A stretch of DNA of 61,139 nucleotides, counting the filler, from Basidiobolus ranarum (lineage: Eukaryota): assembly GCA_040143965.1 (NCBI GenBank). It is 8 parts of 8 records of this genome, joined end to end, with 100 filler letters (N's around TTAATTAATTAA, not from the genome) between each part and the next. Parts side by side here need not be neighbours in the genome. Positions count along the whole stretch, not along the records: positions 23,017 to 30,573 come from JASJQH010001102.1; positions 30,674 to 38,222 come from JASJQH010001103.1; 6 more parts are not named here. The stretch is one strand, 5' to 3'. The position numbers were made by a program, and so were the translations under genes. Numbering within the stretch: the first letter of the stretch is position 1; each line of letters begins with the position of its first letter. This document shows positions 25,489-38,322 of this stretch, piece after piece. The notes below the pieces were generated by a model. That model was not told the DNA's origin. It searched no databases and saw only the letters and a list, made by a program, of their open reading frames with translations.

Positions 25489-26228
25489 GATGACTTTAGA
25501 ACTGGTATTTCTACGGAGATTTATTTACTCAGTTAATTACTGAATTCTTATCTTTTATATACTTTATTGTTAAAAAAAAACTCTCGTCACTTTGATTAGA
25601 ATCCTCCGATATAACCTTACATTTATACAGGTTGATCAGAAGTAGTGCCATAGTACAACTATCAACCACCTTGACTTTCATTGGCTTAAAATGGATTTCT
25701 TAGTCATGCAGCTTCTCTAGGCATATCCAGGAGCTATAGGATGGTAGTAAGGGCTTGACACTAATTATCGGTAACTCAGAGTATCGACAATTATTGAGCT
25801 CGTTATTCAGCGATATTTCTTGTTTCAGGATGTTGTTTTATGACGAACCCGTGGATTTCAATGATAATAAAAATATCGAAATATAATCTCTTTCGGAGTG
25901 GACAGATTAACCCAAAACAAGTACCGCATACTTACCGCATTGTGGCATCATATCCTTTAGATAACGAGATCATAAACTACCACTGCCTACAATATATGTT
26001 AAGAAGGTATTGGTGCACTAAGCAAAATTCAGCAATAAAAACGAGTTGAAAAGCTACGAGAAGAGAATATCTGATTTATATAATGTATTTGATGAAAGAG
26101 AGTGAGAATATAAATCACGATGAGACCAATTTGCCTAGAGGCACAATCCTTGTTTTCTCTCTCACCGTGAAGATGCAAAGAAAAGAACCACGCTTTCGGA
26201 ACCAAGAATTCAAGTTAAAAGAACGGCA

Positions 26229-26595
26229 CTAAGGTTGTCCACCCATAGCTTGCTGGGTCATACCTGAGAGCTTATTACCAACTAATTGGTTAACTTGGAA
26301 GAACTGAGCGACACAGTTGTCAATGCAGGTGTTTTCTTCACCAGTAAGGTCACCACTCTCGTACTTTTTGCTTATGCATTTCTTGTGGCAAGAATCGATG
26401 ATTCTAGAGAGAATAAAGTCAGTCATTTCGCGTATGTATCAAGACACTAGCTAAAATTATATAGTTTTCTGGCTCTACTTACCGGTTGTAAAGGTCAGTG
26501 ACCATATCCAACTCATTCTCGGCCATGGCAATAGCCATGGGGTCAAAACGGTTGTTTTGAGGTTGTTGAGGACCGCGCATACCACCGAAATTCAT
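26229..26595 (-). CDS. TIM10: Mitochondrial intermembrane-space small Tim chaperone Tim10
   Basis: Intron 26482-26404; AENELDMVTDLYNRIIDSCHKKC...CIDNC (twin CX3C motif). Confidence 0.88.
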
Positions 26596-28854
26596 TTTTA
26601 ATGCTTTATGAGAGTGTAAGCTTGTGTCAAGTACCTGAAAGAGGAATATAAATTCTATTCTGTTCACTTCCAGCAAAGTAACTCAACCAAATCAAATTCA
26701 TCATCAAATGAAAAAGGTTTTTTCACGAAAAATTTGACAATCATTTTATGGGGCTCTTACAGTCATCGATGGGTCCCTTCATTTACTTACACAAACTCTG
26801 CATGAATAGGCACCGCTAAGCTGATTCTGACTAGCTATTTTGCCTAAGCTTTGTAATAGAACTAGAACTGGCCTTTCTAACGTACACTAATGGAAGAGCC
26901 TAATATTCTTAAGAAATACATATGTGAATGCACATTATTGCAGACCAAATAAAGTGAAGGCCAAACAAGTTGCAAGGTGCCTTTTGTTGAGTATTGGACC
27001 AATCTCAGATATTTTTTAATCCAACTATATATGTTTAAGCACAAACTAATTAATACGGTGGAGGCTAGTAAATCACCTTGTCTTATTCTTTTAACATCAT
27101 ACTTAGCCTATGGAAATCCGTCTTAGTAGTCATATATTGAACTATTTTATTTAATATTTATGTACTGAATATTTCCTATGTCAAAATCATAACACATATT
27201 TTGAGTATGTGTCAGAATTGTGAATAAAAGATAAAATTCGCAAACTCATCGAAAACCCTCCAGGTTTTTCTCCCGCCATCCTTCGTACCTAGCAACATAT
27301 TTGTATTGCTGTTTCTTCCCATGGTTATTTTCAATTCAATAAAACAATAGTGCAAATCGCATATTTCTTCTAATTATCCCAAACACTTCCAATTCATCTT
27401 AAAAACTTACAACACCACCAACGTAATAGTTCTATAACAGAAAGTACTCAAAAATCAGTGATTTAACTAATTTATTAGCTGTATTCCTATACAATGTACC
27501 AAGTTTGACGAATCTGGTTGCAACCCTGCTAGACAACCATCAAAGTGTACTTGGACAGTTCAGTGAGGGGTACTTTAGGGCTATTTATGGATATGGTATA
27601 AAAAAGATTGAATATTATTAGTGTAAGCATTTCTAGTAATGTATTTCAGAGGTATCTGGAACCACGCAAGACAGAAAGCCGTTACAAGCATTCAGTTCTA
27701 AACCTCATTGGAATATGTCCATGTTATATTCTTATTCTCAAAAATAGATACCTTGGTCAATTGATTTACCCCTGAATACCTGTCGAACTTGTGTTGTAAA
27801 TAGCACATCCATTTTCGTTGACTTCAATATTTACAACAATAGACACTACTAGAAACAGTACCAATAACAATCCACTTTACAATCAAATTTATGACCTGAT
27901 AATTCTACTATATGTTGGATATTTCAGATGATCCTACCAGGGTGGGGCATTGCTCTTATTACGGAATTTAACAATGCAGACTGGAGATTCAAAGTGCGCA
28001 TTGGAGTTGTTCTTAAAGCATAGCATTAGCTTATCTCCAATATAATATTTTATTCCGTAATGATGCATTCTACTACAATCCTACTAGCACCAATATCATA
28101 TAGCCATACAAAGTAACCCACTCTGAAGAATCCAGATGGTACACCGATCTCTTTTCTCAAGTATACGATGCTTACCTATAAGGTCTAATGGTTTGCTTCT
28201 CCCATAACCATTCAAACCGTCTTAGATCCATGCGTTCCATGGTATGTCTCACGTCAACAACTCAACTTTTTTATAGAGCAGTGAAATACTGTTGTCTTGC
28301 TTTAGTCCCACGTATTTTAGCTACAGATCGGTGAAGGTAAAAGATCAACTTTCCCAACTTGGGCAATATCAACACACAGTTAAAAAGTCTTTATGAATCC
28401 ATCTAATCGATGATCAATTAATTGATCCGATGGGTGAGAATCGATAAGAATCTTTCTTGATAGCACGTACGTCATCAGTGGTTCTGTGAAACCTAGATCG
28501 AGTTGCACTACAAGTGTCCCTGAGGTTTATGCTTAGTGCTACATTGTTTATAACTAAGGCACGCACAGATCTTCACGCTTATTACTTTGCAGGTCAGCAG
28601 TCATATATGTTGGACAAAATACTGTAGAAGAGGTTGATTTTATTGATATCTGGTTTTTAGTCTAAAAGAACAAGAAACCCTATGAGAATAAGCAGCTCAA
28701 CATGATGTATTTCAATGCTGGAGATGTATACAAACTTATATTAGTAAAGATGCAGGGGTAAATTCTGTTACGGCGGTAGGAAAGGGCGATTGGTAATTCA
28801 GTAAAAGAAAATGGATTGGAGTTTCCTTTGCGCTGCTTTGGTAGCAAGAGGTGT

Positions 28855-29358
28855 TTAATTGGTCTGGGTGCAAATTTGACTGTCAGCCTTGGTATTTAAA
28901 ATAAGACCAACAATCAGCCCGTAGAGACCCAAAACTTCGGCGAAAATAAGAATCAAGATCATACCAACGAACAGACGAGGTTGTTGAGCGATAGAGCGTA
29001 CACCAGCATCACCTACAACACCAATGGCAAAACCAGCAGCGAGACCAGAGAGACCGACGGAAAGACCAGCTCCAAGTTGAATGAAGCCAGAGAACAGAGA
29101 CATATTGTATGTGAGGCCACTAGATACTAGAACGGATACAACCAGACCGTAAATAGCAATAATACCGGCCATAACAACTGGGACAATGGCTCTCATAACG
29201 AGATCAGGACGAAGAACACCCATAGCAGAAAGTCCAACACCAGACTTGGCGGTACCATAGGCAGCGCCAAATGAGGCAAAGACGATGGCCGAAGCACAAC
29301 CCATGGCGCCGAAGAAAGGAGCATATACAGGGCAATAAGGAGAGATAGTAGCAGACAT
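28855..29358 (-). CDS. VMA3: V-type H+-ATPase 16-kDa proteolipid subunit c
   Basis: [36 protein letters not shown] and [23 protein letters not shown]; intronless. Confidence 0.95.
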   Translation of the reverse strand: MSATISPYCPVYAPFFGAMGCASAIVFASFGAAYGTAKSGVGLSAMGVLRPDLVMRAIVPVVMAGIIAIYGLVVSVLVSSGLTYNMSLFSGFIQLGAGLSVGLSGLAAGFAIGVVGDAGVRSIAQQPRLFVGMILILIFAEVLGLYGLIVGLILNTKADSQICTQTN

Positions 29359-30573
29359 TTTTGAAGGTTTGGAGCAAGTAGTTAAAGATTAGGACCAAGT
29401 TGCTGAAGAGGGTAAGAAGATGAAGCAAGCTGGATATCCACGATGTGGAGAGTTATAAAGTCTTGAGTAACACCATGGCCTACGAATATTGAACTCATCT
29501 CTCCCGATGATAGAGGATATGATTGGCTGTTTTCCAAAGATATGCAAGGGCTGGTGATCCCTTGTACAATCCGTTGTATTGGAAAGAAAGAACATAGATT
29601 ATGATTCAATAAAATGGTTGTCTGTAATATTTGCCAAAATGAATCTTCGCCACTGGATTTGCTACACTGGTGCTTGTTGATTCGTTCTTACCTTATGGGA
29701 TCTATATTGTCCGGATGAAATGATTACTATTGGGCCTGGATTTTGAATTTATCGAACCTGGGTGTCACTGTCAGTTCGCCCATAGCAAAGCAATGAGTGA
29801 TTGCTGGCCCAACTTTCCTTCTGCCTAATGGATTTGTGGATATTGGCTGACGTCGTCGAACAAATTCTCTTATATTAATCCCTCGGAGCCAATCAACACA
29901 TGAAAAGCTTTAACCATGATTAACGTCCAATGGAGCGCCTGCGAGCTTCGAAAGAACTGTTACACACTTGAACTCGGATGAGATTAACTTCGTGTAGCTA
30001 AATGAGCTCTGGGTGATATATCTTTATTTGATCGGAATTGGAGTGGGGCATCGCGGGCTGATGAGCTGACTGACTAGATTCGATCTGGGAGACCGTTGAA
30101 AGAGCGAAAAGAAGGTTTGCTACAGGATCTACATCGGCAGAGCTTATCAACTGAACCCCCGGCCGAAAGGAGTAAGATGTGCATATACTTATGCATATAT
30201 TTGTATGGCGTAGACTGATGCCATTGCAAAGAACAATGACAGCATTTCCAATCACCAAGGTTGCAGGAATGCAGCTATGTAACCACACTACGCTGCAACG
30301 GTGATAAGGCATTTGGAGGATATATAGCCTATGAGATGGCTAGTTTGATGGTCCATTCCACGGTTCGATTAAGATGGTCATTATACGAAGGCCGATTGCC
30401 ATTATTGGGAAGTAAGAAAGGCTCCAGATGAGGAAACTCTTGAACTCCATTCAACCAAGACCTGAAATTCTGCTTTCCAAGGATAGTGCGACAAGAATGT
30501 ATTTTTGAGGCTGTGTTGCTTCTTATTTGAGACTCAACGCGCCGAAGTTGAGCTTTTTGGTGTGCTGATGGCT

Positions 30574-30673
30574 NNNNNNNNNNNNNNNNNNNNNNNNNNN
30601 NNNNNNNNNNNNNNNNNTTAATTAATTAANNNNNNNNNNNNNNNNNNNNNNNNNNNNNNNNNNNNNNNNNNNN
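30574..30673. other. Artificial contig spacer
   Basis: N-flanked TTAATTAATTAA linker. Confidence 0.97.
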
Positions 30674-30958
30674 CCACCCCCCGTAGTCATCTCAAGATCC
30701 ACCCCCAGCTCCCCCATATCTTCCACCACCATTTCCCCCTTACCTACCACCCGTCGCAGCACCTCCATATTTCCCGCCTTCACCTTCTCCATTACCGCCG
30801 TAGTCACCACCGGATCCACCACCACCACCATAAGAGACACCTTTCCCTTCACCAGTACCAGCATAGTCCTTGGTATTATATGCACGCTCCAATACCGCAG
30901 CGTTAACCATGGCTAAAGTAGAGGCAGCGAAGATGATTTTAGCAGATGAGAATTTCAT
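30674..30958 (-). CDS. Secreted glycine-rich (YGG-repeat) protein, either a short peptide or pseudogenised
   Basis: Signal peptide MKFSSAKIIFAASTLAMVNA, then G/Y-rich repeats. TAA at 30740-30742 and TGA at 30692-30694 interrupt a frame that stays Gly-rich to the contig end. TATA-like tataaata near 31021-31028. Confidence 0.6.
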
Positions 30959-31535
30959 TATTGGATTAAAAAAGACAGAGAAATCTTTGTGATATGAATA
31001 AGCTTAATGATCAGATAGGCTATTTATACTATTTGGTATATTTCTAATTAAGTAGGTGTGTTGTTGATCTCGGGAGTTAACCAAGGGGTAGGTAGTAATA
31101 TGTTGAACAATGTACCTTGTTTCTGATGAATGTTATTTGATCAGAGAAGGATTCATAGTAATCACCATGATTTTCACTTAATTAAAATTGATCGTACAAG
31201 TGAACCATTTCTGAGACATGCAGTTGATCTCTTGAGTTCTCACTAGTTGGAACTGCTTATACCACATGGTTGTAAATAAATTTGTAAATGAATCGAACCT
31301 ACATCAAACTGATGCAAGGATGAAGAGGTGAAATTCTACGAAAAATGTTGCAGGCACAACGTTGCAGCAATGTAGAATGGGAACCGTAGGTAATTGTGTA
31401 TGCGTAACTCAGTGTTTGGAACATAAACCAATGCACTCATCATTTGTTTATTTACTCTGACATGTCTCGCAGAATTTATTGACCATTCCATTTCACTACA
31501 ACTAAAATACAAGGATTTATGGGAGAATCTGTGGA

Positions 31536-33815
31536 TTAGAGTTGATAAAGTAATGTAGTGTCAAACATTCGATATCGCTTCACTAGCCCACCATCTTCAT
31601 CTGTTACTGTGTACGATTTTATACAGCAATCAAACCAAAGTCCATTGTACGGCGTTAACCGAGGGCCATCCCATAATTTACGGAATCTTTGTTGAAGTGC
31701 ATTCCTCGTCTCTTGGTCTGCATATAAGCTACAGAACAATGAAGAGACTTAGATGTATATCGAAATCAAACCATACAATTCGTAAGACTTACTTGGTTGG
31801 TGGTAGACCATCAAAGAAATTCCTCTACATAGTTGGTCGTGGTTAATAAAAGCAGTCTCGGGAATTGGGGATGAATACGTACCGCATCTTTTCCGTACAA
31901 ATACACGGGTAAAGTGGACCGAGAACGATCTTCAAGCAGTAGGGCAAACATATAGATGAATGAGTATTTGCTCATTGCGAAAGAGCATTCAGGGCATTGT
32001 GTGAATTGTTCACGAGTAGGAAGAAGGCTATTCAACATTAAGAATTAGTTGAGAAGGGTCATGTGGTGGTGATGGTGATAGTGACTGGTGGAGATCTACC
32101 TTTTATTACAGTTGGTACAATAGGGCCTCGCGAAATCTTCTATTTTCTCTGGCATGTAGTCGGTAAGACGTGCTCGGATCCGGAATTTCCCATTTACCTA
32201 TAGAAAAGCAGTAAGCTACGAGTAACAATGGATATCAACATTTGGCTATACTTCAGTATGGTTGATTATGTCATCTATAGAGGTGGGAATCTGCGATGTA
32301 TGCTTGATGACTAGACATATATGTCAGAGAAACGCACACTAGGATTAGAAAGGTGGGGACTATACCAGTGATCTGATTATTGTCGAGGCCGATTCCTTCG
32401 GCGATGTTTCTTGAGAACTCTATGTTGGCTTCATGTAGAAACTCCTTTTTCTGTCTAATATGTGGGTCAATAAAGATTCGATATCAGTAGAGGGAGAAGG
32501 GGCTCATCTTTAATACCGGTTCAAATCAGCAACCTGTGGATGGGACTTGTCAAGAAGCATCACATTCGGTTCGCTGTTCTGGCGAGCGCGTTTATCTCCA
32601 TGCAGTTTAAACTCTAAATAGCCCATTGGAGATATCTTTGCATTCAGATTTCGCATCAGAACGTAGCTACCAATTGATAGTTTTTCTCCTATCTCTACAT
32701 TCTCATCCCATAGTAAGCATTGAACAACTCTAGGGCCATAGACTGCATATGGGTCCTCAATATTCCTCGAGGTCACGCTAACATTTACCAGTAGAGATTC
32801 AGATTAGGGCTATCTAGAACCAAAGGTTGAACTTTAGAAATATATGATTCGGTCACTTACGGTAAACTATGGTTTGTTGTATAATCTGTCAGCTGTATCT
32901 CAATACAAGAAGGAAAATGTCCAGGGGAAACTTTGACGACCTTTCAGAGAAAACGGGAAGAAATTGAATATTAACACAATCCTTAAAAATACTATAGCAA
33001 TGGCGTCGTATACTTCTCCAATAAAATCAAAAAAAGTAAGCGGTTTAACTTGTGAAAGTTTCAAGGTCAATCGCTGAGATCTTGGTGGTATATATTCTTT
33101 TATAACAGGTACGGAGAGAGGAGCATCTTTGGCCAGCCACCATTCTTTCATCCATTGAGCAATTTTAAAATCACACTCGTGTGAAACGAAATTACTCGAT
33201 TTTGTAAAAGCTTCAGAATTAAGTGCACCATCGAGTACCATCCAGCTAGAACTTTTTGTAGATATGGCTTGAGTTTTATTCCCAAAAGGTTGAATCTAAG
33301 ATAAAGATACTTAGAGTCAGTAACATTACTCCCTCCATTCTTCACTTAAAAAAGTCAAAAAACGAACGAATTCCTTACTTTCACCTCTTTACAGAACAAT
33401 ACATCCCCTATTTTCATAACCTTAGGAAGTAATTCCACAGAAGACTTGAAATAGTTAATTACAACCGCTGAACCACCGGCAGAATCGGATTTTGGATCAG
33501 TGATAACAGTAGATCCCACATAGTCTGCAAAATAACTCAACTTTGTCACAACTAAGGAAGAAATATTTCATACTTGATTAATAGCTAACCAGTTCCACGG
33601 CTTTTTTTTGGTGACTTAAAGCTAGTTACGATCCCAACCAAATTCGCATAGTTTGAACGAGGTCGCAATTCAAGAAGAGAAGCATAACCTAATTCCCCTC
33701 TCTGTATATGTATATAAAACACCACGATATCATATTAATGTAAATTTGAAACTCTCAGAAACTGTATTGGATTTCTATTGACCTCGTACTCGTTTCGAAT
33801 CTCTGTAAAACTCAT
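31536..33815 (-). CDS. POT1: Protection of telomeres 1 (OB-fold telomere end-binding protein), multi-exon, start codon uncertain
   Basis: OB1 NLVGIVTSFKSPKKSRGTDY...ITDP...LPKVMKIGDVL; OB2 LSQVKPLTFFDFIGEV, LTDYTTN, CLLWDE; C-terminal KFRIRARLTDYMP, CxxC...CPEC, FALLLEDRS and WFDCCIKSY...RYRMFDT. Confidence 0.85.
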
Positions 33816-34091
33816 TTGAGAGCTTCCGCTACTAAGGACGCTATATCACCGGTCTTCGTGTAATCTAAGGAATTTTTGTTCATCAGATGGGATACGAATC
33901 TGGTTGAATGTTTGTTTGTGTGAATTTGATATAGTGAAGTGATTAGATTGGATTGGATTCTCGTCCACTAGAATTAAATTCCAAGATATATGAATTTTAT
34001 TTATGTCAATAAATTACAACATTTCTGATCCAGCATCTGATACCTCGAACAGATGAGAATGTTTACAATTTCAAATGGAAAGTCAAATCAG

Positions 34092-36286
34092 TTATTGCTC
34101 AGCTTTTGGGCTGAACTCGACAGTACACGCAGATCCATCACAAAACCTCTCCATTTCGGGATCTTCTTTATCACCTTTATGGAAATCAACACTCTCCACG
34201 CCATTGGCCATTTCATGGTATTCATCTTCAGTAATAGCTTCATAGGGCATCTGAGGGTAAACACCAGCGGGAATACGAGGAAGGAAGGAGATTCCTTTGA
34301 GTTGGTATTGGTAGTAGTCCAGAGCATGTTTCATTTGTTCACCTTCTGTTTCAGGATCAAAAGTAACAGTACAACTAACTTGGTTGTCCGACCAATAGCG
34401 TTGCAAAAATGCAGTTAGACTGAGTTGCTCCCACATCGACACCTCCCTCAACCCACGCAGCCCTTCGCCATGATCGATGGGAATCTCGACTACATAGGTG
34501 CTCTTTTCCCATACATCGTCTTCAACCTTGTATCCAGCCTTTCGCAGGGGCTCAATCAACTCTGAAGTCTTGGAAATACGTACACGTCTGATACAATAGC
34601 GGGATTCAGGATAATGAAGACCGGGGGTAGCACCTGCAAGAAGCGATACAGTTCCAGATGGTTTAACGGTGGTGGTTTTGATGGAATGTGGAATGCAGAA
34701 CCATTTGGACAGTTTATCATCGACTGCCTGAACCTGGGCGTAACCCTCCTCGCACCACTTCTTGAACTCGTGAATACCATGCTTGCTAATGAATTGAGCA
34801 ATACCACTCAACCCAGTACCGATACGTCGATTACGTAGCATGACTCGGTTAGTTTCAGGCCAGTGGGTTTTGCCCAGTGTAACGGTCTTAGCATACATGA
34901 AGGCCAGTTCGATTGTTTCGAGGAACTCTTCTAGATTCTCATGATTGTTGGGGAAAATCTCCACTAAACAACAGAGCTCGAATGATTCCAAGGTTTGTTC
35001 TAAACAAGGATTTCCACCCAAGGCAAGATGATCCTTCATATCTTTGGGGTCGTCCATCCGTCCATAGTTCTGAGCATTCTCTAGCCAAGCAAAGCCAGGC
35101 TCTCCATTTTGTGCGGCTCTGCTGCAAATGTTGGTATAATCCATGCCCAGACTGGCAAATACTGAGTTATTGCTGGTCCAGCCGTACTCAATACGATGAG
35201 GATTTACTTCGTAATTTTTCAGATCGACATACTCCTCGTCATTTGGATCTCCAAAGGCAATCTCTGCAGTTCTACGAATCTAAGATAAAGTTAGTATTCA
35301 GTTCAATCACATGATAACGTTCAATCGCATGTTCTTACGTTGCCAGACACCACGCATTTACCAATCAGATTCATGATATCGACGATGGTGGTAACTGAGA
35401 TTGGTGCGCCGATATTCTTCTCCAGAATCTCTCGTACCTGCTTATGAAGATCCATGAGAGCGGAGGAGCCAGAAGAAACTCCGCCAAAGCCTTTGATGGG
35501 AAGACCAGCTGGTCGGATTTTCTCATAATCAAATTCTTGTACCGCCATACTTGGGTCGAAATACGACTCTATAAGAAGCTCCAGCGATTTAACCCATCCC
35601 TCACGAGAATCTTCAATAACGTAAGTCTCAGTATTGCTGCGATCAGGGCTAGTGATATTGATATGTCTCTCTTTGGCAATAGCTGCGCCTCTTGTATCGA
35701 AGCCCACACCCACACCAAGCATGGAGGCATCCATAAGGAAGGTGAAAGGACGACTGGGCTGGTGTTCACCATCGAACATGCAAGTAGTGCTTACAAATGC
35801 GCAATTATTTAAGGCAGTGTAAATGCCACGCTCCTCAGTCAAGGGGGATCCCATTGCCCAAAGCCCTCTACCAGGTGGAAGGAATTTCATATAGAAGATG
35901 CGATCGAACATCTTCTGAGCGGTGATTTGAGCAGCAGCAGAGTTCCAACCCAATTCATTTTGCTCCATATGACGCTTTTGCATATTGAATGTACCATTGA
36001 CTACTCTCTCAACTGTTTCGTACCTGAATGAAAGTGGGTTAGACAAAGTGAGACTATTTCACTGAACACACACACAATTATACCATTGTTCACGCTCTCC
36101 ATTCTCCTTGAGACGAGAGTACGTTCTTTGATACACGATATTGCCCAAACCATTGAACCCAAATGGTGCCTTTTTGTGCTTATACTCGTCAACAAACTCG
36201 GAATCCAATTGAAATTGTGTCTTGTGCTTGTGACTGCTATTAGCAGCAGTTGAAGAGACAGCTTGAAGGTTCTTTACGGCACCCAT
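34092..36286 (-). CDS. nrdJ: Class II adenosylcobalamin-dependent ribonucleotide reductase (monomeric RTPR/NrdJm type), ~691 aa, two spliceosomal introns
   Basis: Exons 36286-36084, 36023-35339 and 35279-34092; introns 36083-36024 and 35338-35280 are GT-AG with ctaac branch points. Motifs PFGFNGLGNIVYQRTYSR, KFLPPGRGLWAMG, ALNNCAF, DSREGWV, GFGGVSSG, VSGNIRRTAEI, NGEPG, GGNPCLEQTLESFELCCLVE, RNRRIG, TTVKPSGTVSLLAG, SDNQVSCTVTFD, YPQMPYE and a C-terminal CDGSAC pair. Confidence 0.95.
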
Positions 36287-36350
36287 TGCTTTGTAATAAT
36301 AATAGAAATATGAAGTTGTAATGATATTAAACACTCCTTGAGCGAGGCCC

Positions 36351-36360
36351 TATTTATACA
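36351..36360 (-). promoter_or_regulatory. Candidate TATA box of the class II RNR gene
   Basis: Reads TGTATAAATA on the minus strand, ~65 nt upstream of the ATG; motif match only. Confidence 0.45.
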
Positions 36361-37910
36361 TGGAGGATGGAGTAAGGCGGGACTAGTTCAGGCTGTACAG
36401 GTTATTTCTCCTAAATGAATCTTCAATGCTTGCCGCAGTCATTTCAACCGCTTCACTGGAAATCATCAATGACTTTTCTCCTTTTGGAAACTGTCTAATG
36501 CTGAGCTACAGCGCGACGGTCTTCGTGTATTTGACGTGTTTTTACTAAATCAGGTCGGTATTTTCCGGTAGCCATCTCGCCAACCAGCTACCCAAAGTGT
36601 GATTCGCTATGTTTTTCATGTTATCATTTGTAATAAATGATCGTTGTGAGAGGAAACAAAAACAAGCGAAGTCTTTGTGGACCGAATTGTAGGGTTAGGT
36701 ATCAAAAGGATCGTTACCCAAACAATGAGATGGTAAAAGAACTAGAGCAAGTGTGGTGAATACCGTTGTTGTTGTAAATCATAACACTTTACTGGTCTAG
36801 AGCCGTCTTCTCCTTTGATTCATCTCTGGGCTAGATAGATCTACCTACCCGAAGTCATTATTGCTTTTTTTCTATCTTGATAACTGTCAATTATGCCTAG
36901 ATGATCAGTGAACATTCGAGAATCCCACTTGTCCTTATAGAATTGTTGACTGAGAAACCAAGGAGACAGTTCGAGTAGTTCTGGTACTTTACATACTAGT
37001 GCGACCCAACCCAAGTAACTTTGCTATTTTCTGGTGTGAATTTCATAACCAAACTCAAGTTAGATTGTCAAATAGTTGGAACTTTAGCCCTAACCCTTCA
37101 GATATCATCGTTGAATGCCTAAGCTTCGTAAATTGTAATGTATTGACTGTTATTAGCTATTTATCGCTATTTCATTGACACGTGATTGCTGGATTGTTTT
37201 ATTATCTTAAAATTTTCTTGATGTTGTGAATAAATATCGTAAAGCTTATCTCAATAAATACTCATTCACATGGTTGATTGGGTAGAGAATTACTGGAAAA
37301 GAGTTTCCGATTTAGGTTGTGGAATATATAATCATTGCTGACAATATTTGCATTGTAGTGGAAGTGTCCTGCTCCTACCGGATATTTCCAATACTGTATA
37401 CAATGACCGCTTCTATCTCTTCGATCAGAAAGTACAACATATACTTAGAATCGCTACTCATCACGTGTTAACGTATATTTTCAAACCGCTTACATGCATT
37501 GTTGGATATTTGCCAAAGCAAATACTGTTCTTTCTTTATAACTAGTAATGTGTAGGTTTTGGATTATACTTATACATGTATAGCTTGATTTATTCTGTCT
37601 AACTGCAAGGTAGGTGATATTGATAATTTTACGATTGGATGCTTTCGAAAGAATCCTGAAAATATTGGAAGAATTTAAGATGTGTGTGAGTTTTAAGATA
37701 TGGAATTATTATTAGTCCGATAGATACTTTTTATTTAACTATATTTGCACATTTGTAGCTATTACTAAATAATCAATGAAATTATGCTTTGAACATTTGT
37801 AAGAGTGAAGTGATTAACTTTAACAATTTTGAACTTTCAAATCCTACTTGACAAATTATTGCCTATTTCATATATTGATTTTGTTGAAAATGACTTAGCT
37901 TATGCATTAA

Positions 37911-38222
37911 TTTTGGGAGCCAGTGAAGGTAGTCTGGAGAAATAGAGAAATTGGTGGTTTTCACTTATTCATTTGTTGAGTCAAAAGTTAATATTTTTAG
38001 TTTTATCAAGATGTAAACAAATTAATGTGTAGAATGTGTTAAAGAAGGTCCCAGGAACATGTGTGCAAAGTTTGGGGCTTCTAGCACAAGTTTGAAAAAT
38101 CTATATATCTCAGAACTTCTAAGTTGGTGTCAATATTCTAAGTAAATTCCTTATGAGAATAATTGATAATATCTTAGTGAATTATAAGATAACTAAGTAC
38201 TATAAGCTATATATGACTATAT
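37911..38222 (-). repeat. Inverted copy of the TG...CA repeat, running into the contig end
   Basis: Reverse complement of the repeat (gaaggtcccaggaacatgtgtgcaaagtttggggcttctagcacaag; aagctatatatgactatat). Confidence 0.85.
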
Positions 38223-38322
38223 NNNNNNNNNNNNNNNNNNNNNNNNNNNNNNNNNNNNNNNNNNNNTTAATTAATTAANNNNNNNNNNNNNNNNNNNNNN
38301 NNNNNNNNNNNNNNNNNNNNNN
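38223..38322. other. Artificial contig spacer
   Basis: N-flanked TTAATTAATTAA linker. Confidence 0.97.

Noticed and set aside
9298-36286. Glutaredoxin + CBS + class II RNR as a B12/redox gene cluster
   Set aside because: The RNR gene is on a different contig from the other two, so the proximity is artificial.
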